From Macrostomum lignano (Eukaryota), in assembly GCA_002269645.1 (NCBI GenBank), contig NIVC01002129.1, forward strand, positions 186,001 to 250,000: a DNA stretch of 64,000 nucleotides. Reading direction: 5' to 3'. Both the position numbers and the translations under genes were made by a program. This document shows, piece by piece, positions 10,640 through 20,901 of the stretch (its first letter is position 1; each line of letters begins with the position of its first letter). The notes beneath the pieces were generated by a model. That model had not been told where the DNA came from, made no database searches, and saw nothing but the letters and a program-made list of their open reading frames with translations.

Positions 10640-13200
10640 TTAGGTATCGATTACCTTTCCGTTTCTAAACCTATTTAATGTTTTTGTTTCGTTTGCTTTT
10701 GTTTCCGGGTTATAAAATTTCTCTTTATCTTTCGATGGGAGATGTTGAAGAAAAACGTTAGCAGGATTCTCATAGATAATCTTTAAAACCGCTGTTTTTG
10801 GTCGAAAGGTTTGTGAATTAAATTGTGTCAAAAAATATTTTTCCTCGCTTATATCAAAAACTCTGCCTGTTTCTGCTCTTGGGTATTCACTATCCTCATC
10901 AGACATGGCGGATGGATACAATGAGACTCCGTCAAAATTCATTAAACAATCTGATACGGTACCCAATTGGTTTTTTAGTTTAATTGCGATTTTCTTTTTT
11001 TCTTCCATATCGCTTTTGAGATAAGTTGAAATAACCTCGCATGGGTCGGTTGTTGGTGTTTTTAAATGGTATTTTACGATGTCTACGATTGTTTGAAAAC
11101 AGGCGCTTTCGTATTTATTTATTAGTGCAAATACTCTGCCTCCTTTGACTGCGTCCCTCATAAACCTTCTTATATAAGGGTTAGTGTGAGAGTGAACTGA
11201 AAATTTTTTTCTTAATAGTGTTTGGTATTTCGTTTTTTCAAGTTTGCTCAAGTCAAAATAATCTTCGATTTTCAACGGAGATATTATTTCTTCAACTTTT
11301 TTAATGTAATTAGTTTTTTCTTTTGTCTTTAGGTATTGTTTCATTTTGTCTTCAACCCTAACAAAATCTTTAAACCAACATTTTAATGTTAAACTCGAAC
11401 ATGTAAGAGTATCAAACATTGTCATTCCTCCAATTTCATATGCTATTTCGTTATACTTATGAATACAGGCGCATAAAGAAATAAGATCAAATTGTAAATA
11501 TTCATACCATTCGTCCATGCCCTCTAGGTAGTCGTGTTCGGTAATGTCATGAACCATTGAGGTCTTGCGCAAATCCTCTCTAATTGCCATTGACGAGCAA
11601 AACTTTTTTAAACTCATTGAGGCGTGTTGATATGAGCAAAGCATCGTAATGGTTTGTTTCGAATCCTTGTGATTCTTCTTCTTATCTTTGTTTATAAACG
11701 CCCTAACCGCTTTTGACGGGTAATCGTTTACAAAAGTGATTGATAATATTCCTCTTGGGGTTTTAAGAATTTTAATTGGTTTTATATTGCAAAATAGTGG
11801 TATGTATGAATCAAAACGGGATGAGTTATGTGCGATCAAAACAATCTTTTTTTGACCTAACCGTACCAAGGTATTTAAACATTTTTCTAACACAGTCCAA
11901 TTTCTCGCCGTCTGTTTGAAAATCACACCCGCGATCTGAAATCAAAATCTTAGTTAGTTTCTTTATTTCCTCTGGGCTTTCGTTACAATTATTAGAATAG
12001 TCGTTATAGTTTAAAAGACCAACTGCATACGGACATGCTTGTTGATTATAATTTAAATGTTTCAAAATCAAATATGTATACATTTGATTTATTGGGATTT
12101 GTAGGTGTATTGAACATTTTTAGCTCTTTAACATTTTCAGACGTTGGGTTTTTAAATACTACTTTATAATTGTTTTTTATCCGATCGAGGGCGATTCCTC
12201 GTTGTTTATTGGATATAAGGCAATAATGACCAATGTGGTAATCGACTGTGTGATAGTAATTTATTAATAACCAATCGTGGTGAATACCTATTTGAGACTT
12301 CGGTTCAATTCCACGATTATTAGGATTATACAAGCCTATGTTCAACTTAAAAAATTCATTGAATTTTCCAATTCTTGAATTTGTCATTAAACCTCTTTGG
12401 GTTCTTGAGTCGTACAACCAAGCACCATATTCGTCTTTGGATGGGGCTTTATCGCCATAAATAAATTCAACACACTTATAGAAACAATTTCCATCACTAG
12501 GTATGTAACAGTACTCATCTTGATATTCTGCAATTTCACACATGACGTTTGTACCCATACCTTGTTTTGACCTTTCGTGTTTAAGTGTAATGACGTTTGG
12601 TGTCATTTTGAGTCTTCCAGAAAACACACTTAGATTCATGTCATAGTTTTCTATCAAATGTTTAAACCAAGCTTGAAACTGACTTATATTATAAAATGTT
12701 GCTAAGTATTGATTAATTTCTTCTCGATCATCGCCGGTTTTGTTATAAAAATATTGTACTCTTGCGTTTGTAATTTCAACACTATATCCGTTTGAAAGTT
12801 GGGTTTCAATAAAATCTAATACGTTCTGCATTGGTTCAAATCGATAAACCCTAATAAACTCTTCTAGTGGTTGTTGTTCAGACGATTTAGTACGCGGTTT
12901 CCGACGGGGGGTTTTCTTTTGATTTTTTTCTAGCTCTGCTATTCTTTTTTCATATTCAGCCTTTTCTATTAATCGTCTCATTTCATATTCCGCTCTTATA
13001 TTATTTGCTAATTCTTTTATTTGCTGTTCTTGTATTTCTCTTTCTCTTTGTCTTTCTCTCTGTCTTTCTCTTGCTCTTTGGCGACGTTGTTTTCTTTGGC
13101 GCTGTTCAATTTGTTCAATATGTCTTTGTAATCGATTGAACTGTTCGCGCTCATTTGCAAGAAGTTTTCGAATCTGATCTGGGGTCAGTCTTTGTTCCAT
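10640..13200 (-). pseudogene. polB: Protein-primed family B DNA polymerase; two frameshifts; 3'-truncated
   Basis: ExoI IFDFET, ExoII AHNSSRFD, ExoIII YLQFDL, GGRV, motif A FDGVSLYPSAM. Homology ends at NGKVIDT with no KxxxNSxYG or YxDTDS. Confidence 0.92.
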
Positions 13201-13338
13201 TTTATAGAATAAAATTTTAGATAATGTTTGAATTATTGGTTTTTTAATTTTATGTTTTTGGCGTCCTGACCCTTCCCACAGGAGCTTATTCGAGTTCCGC
13301 TTTTGGTAACAGTAGGCCGCTGCCCATAACGTTTGCAT

Positions 13339-14308
13339 TTAAGAAAATTCCTGAACCTGCTTTTGTCGCATTTCGAGATATAATCCGCTTCCGTCATGTT
13401 TTTCAATTATGTTAAAATCTTTTCCTAATTTATTAAAAATCTTCTGAACTGCCGGTCTAAAATTAGCTCCAATATTGTCAAAAAATCCTTTAGCTTTTTC
13501 TCCGGTTTTTTCTAAAGTTTGTCCGAATTCATGAAATTTGTCTGCAACAACTCCGCTTCCGTGGGTCGTTCCTTGCAAGATTAAACCCTCGCCTTGAGTT
13601 GTTCCTTTTAAAATTAAACCTTTCCCAGCCGCTAACCTAGCTTCTGCATTTCTTTTTTGTTCTGCTGTTGCTGAACTACTATTAATTGTATCTATAAGTT
13701 TTTGTTTAAATTGAGCATCCTGCGTTATTTGCTGTCTTTGAAATTCGGCCTCTCTTTTGGCTTTTTCATCCGCAGCTTTTTTGTCATTTACTGCTTTTGC
13801 AATTCCAGCCGCTCCACCAGCGACTCCTCCAGCTGCTCCAATTCCTGCAAAAAATTATTGAGAGCAAAGTTGCAAGCGGCAAGATTCCCCCTTGTTTAGC
13901 TTTTAATTCTCCTAGGTGTTTTATGTTATCATGAATTCTTTTTCCTGCTAAGCCGGCTGCTCCAGCTGCCCCAAGTCCTAAAAGAATTGGTAGAATGGGT
14001 ACTAAGCCCCCATCCTTTTTTATGTGAGTTTCCATTAAAAATTTCACATCGGAATCTGTTAACCTATAATTTCTGCCATGATTCTTAAAGGATATTGGCC
14101 TTCCTTCTTGTGCATATTTTGCAGCGAGTTTAAATGTATTGATATCGTAGTCAAGTTTTTTACCTAAACGATCCAGCCTTTTTAACATTGTATGGCTATG
14201 TTTGTTATCATCCAAACTTAAAGTGTCTACAACCTCTGCTATAAAATATAAGCGATCGTCCCGAAGGGTCGCGGGCAAAGCCCGATTTTCATCATTATTT
14301 GAGCCCAT
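13339..14308 (-). pseudogene. Core/pX-like protein with GG-LP-L hydrophobic segments and repeated GxG-L/V motifs; frameshift near 13850
   Basis: DGGLVPILPILLGLGAAG and QGGILPLATLL, then in the shifted frame AGIGAAGGVAGGAAGIAKAV...AGKGL..QGEGL..HGSGV..DGSGL. Confidence 0.55.
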
Positions 14309-14318
14309 TTTTATATTG

Positions 14319-14729
14319 TTAAAATTTCTTTAATCCTTTTCCGCCTTTAATTGTGGTTAACATTTTATTAAAATCCTGAATATCTTTATTACTTATTGGT
14401 GTGCTTTTCGTGGGGGTTTCTGTTGGTTGTGCGGCTTGAGTTGCTTCCTGTGCTAGCTTTAAATCTTTTATTGCTTTTATTTGTGAGAGGGTGTCGTTAA
14501 ATTCTCTTAATTTCTTTAGTTCTTCTGCTGCCCTCGCTGCTTCGATTCCGCCCTTTACAGCGTTTGTTATAGAACCTGCTGCTGAGCCTGCTTGTCCTAT
14601 AAGACCCATATTATCTTTAACAAAATTTGCTGCTGTACCAACCATATCAAAAAGACCCTCAGCTCGGTATTCAATGGGGTCTCCTACTTGCACTTCATTC
14701 AGATTTTGCATATGTGTAATGTGTGTCAT
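14319..14729 (-). CDS. Putative membrane-active capsid-associated protein (adenovirus pVI-like)
   Basis: EGLFDMVGTAANFVKDNMGLIGQAGSAAG reads as an amphipathic helix; C-terminus KGGKGLKKF; ORF intact with AAAAATG start. Confidence 0.45.
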   Translation of the reverse strand: MTHITHMQNLNEVQVGDPIEYRAEGLFDMVGTAANFVKDNMGLIGQAGSAAGSITNAVKGGIEAARAAEELKKLREFNDTLSQIKAIKDLKLAQEATQAAQPTETPTKSTPISNKDIQDFNKMLTTIKGGKGLKKF

Positions 14730-15057
14730 TTTTGTCTATTTTTAGTAACAGAAAAATTAAGTTGCAGACACTAAAGCAAGCATCTCGAGCGGTTTTATTT
14801 CATAGCTCTTTTTTTACTCTTTTTTGTATAGAAAATAAAGAAGACGCAAACACAAAAGATTCTCTATCCAAAAATGAACCTATGGTTCGCGGGCTGCGCC
14901 CGATGACACAAATGGCCTGCCCCACTGGAGCACAATAGACGCTTTTTATTCTCTGTCCTCGGTGCATTGTGTGTAAAACAGCACATGAATTTTTATATTC
15001 GTTAGCATGTATCATGTGAAATTCATGTTAAATTAAGAGAGATTTTAGTCTAATTGT

Positions 15058-16001
15058 TCACAAGGAATCTAAAAATCTTTCATTTTTTACCCACTTTCCA
15101 TCAATTAGCGTTTCGGATACAGCTTCATCCTCACTAGCAGATGAGTCGTCGTCTTCGGTGGCAGCTTTGGCAGCTTCAGCAGCGGTGTCGTTAAGTCCTT
15201 CGGAGTAAAACGCAATAGACATTAATTTGTTGAGTTTTTTTACATGTAAAACTGAATAAATAATGGGAAAATAACTTACTGTCGACAAACCACTGGTTGA
15301 CCGGTTTTTTCATTTGTTCACCTTCTTTTGATACTATGGTAATGATCTCATGTTCCATTGAGATAAACTCTCGAAACCTGGGGTTCGAGCTGCACCTTTT
15401 TACGTATCTGAGTAGAATAAGTCATTATCGTGCCCATTGTGTACGTAGAAAAAATAAGTCCGGGAAAATCGAGGCAGAGTTGATAGTACTTATTGAATTG
15501 TTCTACTTTCCAAGTAGTAATAGTAAATTTGGCGGCTATGTCTGCATCTCGCATAGCAAACTTCGAACTTAGATAGTAAATGAGCCGCCCCTGCTCAAAC
15601 TGCATCATCGCCTTAGCTACCGTAATGTTCTCTATAGAGCTCGCTAATCGTTGAAACCGCTCGATTAGGCCGTTTTGGTCGATGCCATCCAATTGGTTCG
15701 CAACAAGAGCTAAGCCGTTGGTGATAGATTCCATGCAGATGCGAATGCCTCTCTCCTCAGTTTCCTCCAGCTTCCAAATGATCCTCTCGAGTACATTATC
15801 GCGACTAGTCTTCTCATTCTTACTGGTTGCCACAACTTTCCTTTGTGGTACTCCGTCTAACTTTTCAAGACTTGTTTGGAAAGCCTTCAACTCCTCAGCG
15901 GAGAAATCTTTAAGCCTAACACCAAGCAAAGATCGTTCTTTCTTGGACATGGAAGCCACCATCTCAACTATCGTTGAAATTTGCACATTTTTAGATGACA
16001 T
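15058..16001 (-). CDS. Two-exon hypothetical gene (intron 15279-15198) with a 1-nt frameshift near 15380 and an acidic tail
   Basis: GTAAGT donor and AG acceptor join in phase 1 (…WFVD-R-LNDTAAEAAK…); removing one C from CCCC links ORF 15348-16001 to MEHEIITIV. Confidence 0.55.
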
Positions 16002-17366
16002 GATACTCGTACTAGAATTTGTATGCTAAGCAAAGCTATATGTAGTTGTGCCTAAATAAGAGACTATTTGCTGTGACTAGTTTTTTAGATTTCATCATTC
16101 TTATACTCACAATTAGAGCTTGGGGTGGGGTGCTGAAAATAATAAAAGCGCTTTTCATGAGTAAGCAACTCACCTTCCTGTTGTAGCCTGTTTGAGTCTG
16201 AGGTTTGCGCTTCGGTACAATGTATAGTTTGCAACGCAGGATTTGCCTCATTTTTCTGTAATATCAGCAAAAGAAACTCACTCGGTATCAGAGCTAGTTT
16301 ATGAAAGCGAGTATATTTATTTTATTTTTTATTAACAAAAAAAGTTCACATATAGCTTTTTTACGATATATTGGCGATGTTCATAAATATTAGCATAGAG
16401 TAAGGAAAGTAAAGAAGGTTTTACATGTAGCACGAGCGTACTGCAATACTGTAGTATTGCAATGTAGTACTGTTAAAGAAACATTTTACATGTAGTACTG
16501 CAATGTAAGAAGACACAAGAGTAAGTACAACATTAAGCTTGGGGGTTACATACTTGGGATACATGGGCTATCATTTATGTAACCTTTAGTCTTCAGTGGT
16601 AATCCGACCCGATTAATTTCACACATACATTTTACACATTCAAGTAAAACACTTAGTTAAATTGTCAAAAAGTTTAAACTACAAAAAAGATGCAGCAGAC
16701 TAACAGACGCGAAAAGCAAAGCAAAGGTTTTATCTGCTTCACTAAGCTTAAAAAATACATTCACTTTTAATATAATTTGGCAAACGCACTTTTCGAAAAT
16801 CCAGCTCACTACTGTTAGTAGCTAATACTGCACAAACAGTAAACCTTAAGCGACCGAAACAGTTAAATTATGAAATATTATGCACAACCAGACATAAAAA
16901 GTTTTTTAAGCTGATATATAAGGACAGAATAAGATAATATTTTACTAAAACTAAACATAAAATGATTTAAGATCAGCCAGGTACCCTTTTTTAAAAATAA
17001 GATTAATCCTGTCTACAAAGTCCCAAGCTCCTGCACCGAAGGTTTACCCTTTCGGCTTTCTACGATTTCTAAGAAACCCTTAGCGATTAGATAGTTAAAA
17101 TTACTTATTTTTTCACTTTGTGATAACAATTGAACCAAGGTTGCTTTTTACCTGTTTGGTATAACACTTTCATATCAACGATTTTTAAATCTAGACCTTA
17201 ATATTAAAGCGACACAGTTCATGGCCCCTATATGCAAACTTTCATTTTTGCTCTTCATATTCAATCGATTTTACTAGTGCTGGTCCTAAAAATTATATCA
17301 CCCTGGATTAAATACCAAGATGAATAGCTAACATATGAGGAGAGGAAACATACATAGTGCACAGCT

Positions 17367-19133
17367 TTAGTTTGAGTAAATTTGATCCAACAAGTTAAAG
17401 TCGTCTTCATCATCAGCCTCCATCGACTCTTCTGAAGAAGATGCGACAGCTCCAGCTGCCATCTCGAGCTGCTGTGAAGCCTGGCTCTGCTTCTTCACTC
17501 GAGTGCCGGCGTGCCTCAAATGTTCGGCCACGGCTAGGCCCACCGAAACTGCAGTTGCGTCCTTGAAAATGCCTCCTGCTGCATCTGAAGCAAAAGAAGT
17601 ATAAATTGATCATTTGTATTTTTCATTGTCCATAACCTTATAAAAAAAGTTTCATTAACTGTTGCAATCTTCGATTTTACTGCCTACTTAGTGGTTTAGA
17701 TATTATATGAACTACTCATGTACTTACCAGCAATGATCGGCAGCAGTCCGAGACTTGAAAAACTCTTTTTTGATTTGCCTTGGCGGGTTGCTCCACGAAG
17801 GCTCATCTGAGCCGCCAGTTCATCGGTCATCAGAAGCCGCAGTATATTAAAGACTAGATGATTGAGTCGTCTCCCTCCAAGTGAGCGAACGTGCGACACC
17901 TTGAAAGGACGAGATAAAGTAGTTAAATTAATTACGAGCGTACCTCTGTGATTTTTCGCCTGATATACTATGCATTCAAATGATAGCAACATTGGCAGCT
18001 TACAGCGTGTTTGACAGCCTTTCGATCAGACTGAAGAGCCGCCACCCAGTTTTGTAAGGCAACGAACTCTGTACATGGCAGTCCATCGAACAGACTGTGT
18101 AAGTCATCTTCTGAAGGTCCACCAGATGTGCGAGCCACCAACTTGTTCTGAAGGTCAACCAAAGAACTTTTCACTGAAGTATGCTGTGCGCGAATCACAC
18201 CTGTCAATAAGTATTTTAGTCACATCTCTCTGTTAAAAATTAAGCCTTTGCCATTTGGGGTTTTTCAAAGCTATATATTACGTTTGTTTATACTACATTT
18301 AAATTTAAATTTACACTGCTAGACTACTCTATCTCAATGGATTATCTCATTCAATTGTCTGTCACAACTGTCCTCAGAAATTTAAGCGTTTCGAGTTTGA
18401 AAATTATGCAGACTCACTCTCCAGTCGCTTAACGGCTGCAGTGAGCTTCTCGACTTGTGAACTCAAGTTGGTGATACTTAGGTTGATGCCTGCAAGCCCT
18501 TCCTTTGGCAAGCTTGAGACTTGGACTGGACCAGCTGGTGTTGATGCAATAGTCGGGGTGCTCAGCATCGGGGCTGTCCCAGCAGAATTATCCTGCTGTG
18601 CAGCTTGCCGAAACGTTTCGAGCGGCGGAGGTGGAGACGCAAGGGCATGAAGCGTTGGTGGGGGTGAATCTGGAGGTCGGGCCACTCGTCGACTTTGTCT
18701 GCCAACACGCGAGCACCCAGCTTCCACAGCTTCATTGATGAAGCGACTGACTGTCTTTCGAAGACGAGGAGCATCAGAGTCGCTTGTTTCCACTGTCCCT
18801 TTGCTCAGAAAGCGCCGTCGTAGTTTAACGGCCTCTGGGAGAGTGGCTGAAGTTTAAAATTAAAAGGCATTTTCCCTGGTGTGAGATGCGATTGCCCAAG
18901 AAAGAATTGTTGAGTAATTAAATGGAATGGACCCTTGTCTTACCTCGAGATCCGACAACTTCAACGGTTTCCACAGCCCAGTTCTCATTCGGTGTCCTGT
19001 GGCCTTTGATGGCTTGATTGTACTCTGCTGCAGGGGGCCAGTGCCAGTTTGCGCTTTCAAACCATTCTTTTAGGAAGATTTCTACACTATTGTCTTCAAA
19101 AAGAACCAAGACAAACCTGTTGTCCGATGACAT
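17367..19133 (-). CDS. DUF4806-like transposon accessory protein, 5 exons (about 19133-18944, 18846-18418, 18203-18000, 17904-17728, 17583-17367)
   Basis: N-terminal FVLVLFEDNSVEIF..WF....WHWPP; C-terminal SLGGRRLNHLVFNILRLLMTDELAAQMSLRG..KKSF and HLRHAGTR; GT-AG junctions are phase-compatible. Confidence 0.75.
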
Positions 19134-19594
19134 GCTGTCTCAAAGTTGTGCTAAATACGATCTTAAAGCATATAATCAGTCGTGATACATGCAAATCTTT
19201 GCGAAAGGGAATGAAACGGAAATAAAAAACAAATGTTAGAATAGCTAGGTTTCATGGTTCAGATCTTCCGATTGGTTTGAAATTTTTGCATACAGGAAGG
19301 AGGTTTAAAAAAATTCCCCGCACGACCCAATGAGAAGCAGCTGAGCTGAATGTTACTTTAAAATTTTGTAGACTGTGAAGTCGCACGGCATTGGACGCGC
19401 CAACATCTGAACTCACGGGAGGCGCAATAGTGTTCATGCGGCCCACGCTTCCAGCTTTACCAATCCAAAATTCCCAGTTCCATACTTTAAGTTTTTACAC
19501 TTAACAAAATTAATTTTTTTAATTGCAGCTTTTTCATTTTAGACCCTCATGAGCTATTTATAAACTGCAGCATTTTACAAATATGACTATGATT

Positions 19595-19802
19595 CAGGGG
19601 CGGATCTATTCAAGGGCGGCTGCCCCCCCCCCAAAAAAACAGCTTGATAAAAAATATTGCTTCCCCCAAGACCTAAGTTTTTTGGGGGAGCCCTTTAACT
19701 TGATTTCTGCGCCCCCTAGCTTAAAAATTGGCGCCCCTCATACTTATGTTGGCGCCCCAAACTTGGACCGCCCCCTTAAATGAAATTCTAGACCCGCCAC
19801 TG
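19595..19802. mobile_element. hAT-type MITE (208 bp)
   Basis: TIRs CAGGGGCGGATCTA / TAGACCCGCCACTG; flanks CTATGATT and TTATGATT (7/8 TSD match). Confidence 0.85.
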
Positions 19803-20901
19803 TTATGATTATATTTGATTTCATAATGTGTCCAACAACAAACAACTCGTGAAATCCAGTTGGGCAAGAAAAGATTCGTGCCTGTCTGTTGCAGATTTAA
19901 ATGCACTATTCGAAATTTTATTTCAATGCAGAAAGTTATGCTACCTTAGGTTAATTAAAATTTATAAAGCAAATAAATACAAACTAAAAAGCTAAGTGGA
20001 GAAACTGACAAGAAGCGCAGGAGAAAATAAGAAACTAATGGATTGATTGGGAAGAGGATTTCAACTTCTCGCGTGTTAGCCACTGGATATTGCACACTTT
20101 TGAGCAGTGGCACAGCAGAATAACAGAATAGACAGATAAAAAATAAATGTGTTAATAAGCCCGTATATGCCAATTTTACTTACTACAAGATGATTTAAAA
20201 TATCAGGATCAAAAAATTCTACAGCAATCAACGCGTACGCTCGTATCAGAGCGTCTGTTTACTGGATTATGGGGGGTCTTTTATTTTTGGAAAAGTTCAC
20301 GTTCAGCCGGTTCAGGCAGGCTATTTTTCTCTCACCGTTTCCATAGTGTCACTTTATTTGCACCTAAAATGCACCTTGTAAGAATATCATTCATTGAAGT
20401 TGGCTCAAGAATTCTTTGTTCCGTGCTTCTTTGTTATTTGTGGTTTGCTTTAAAATGTCCCTAAGTTGGGGGTAGGGGACTAAATTCATTCTCAGTTAAC
20501 CCGAAAGCAAACATACGCTATATATGTTGTACAGAGCTAGTATAGAATAATGCTATAGCATATGCTTGGCTGCAATTCCCACGATGCTTCAATATAGCTT
20601 CTTGATAAGAACAGATCTTATCTTTTATCAACCTTCTGACCAGGAAATATTCTCGTCGATCAATGAACTTGCTTTTGGTTAGAACTATATGCGCTTTGAC
20701 ATTGTTTTGCTTCTATAAACTAGGAGGTAACATGGTACAAATAAATTCATTCATTTCATGAATATGAAAAAAACCAGCTGCACAAAATTATTGTTTTTTT
20801 CTATTTAATACAAAAAAAACAGAAAAAAAACTAATGAATTCGAAGAACAGCGAGCTACACGGTAAATTACAAAAGCGGGGAATAAATTGAGGCGCCGTAA
20901 A

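Larger units (their letters stand above)
6216..15015. mobile_element. Endogenous Polinton/Maverick (adintovirus-like) element, partial and decayed; termini and integrase not seen in the window
   Basis: AT-rich block with MCP, ATPase, penton, protease and fibre-like gene on plus, convergent with pPolB and core-protein-like genes on minus. Confidence 0.92.

Noticed and set aside
16030-16270. Separate spliced micro-gene
   Set aside because: Both splice phases I tested hit stops within a few codons; kept only as possible 5' UTR introns.
16430-16900. Possible Polinton right TIR or CACTA left TIR (palindromic TGCAATACTGTAGTATTGCA; CACTACTG at ~16807)
   Set aside because: No matching partner end found in the window and no (AGT)n/(AG)n Polinton terminus, so the boundaries are left unassigned.
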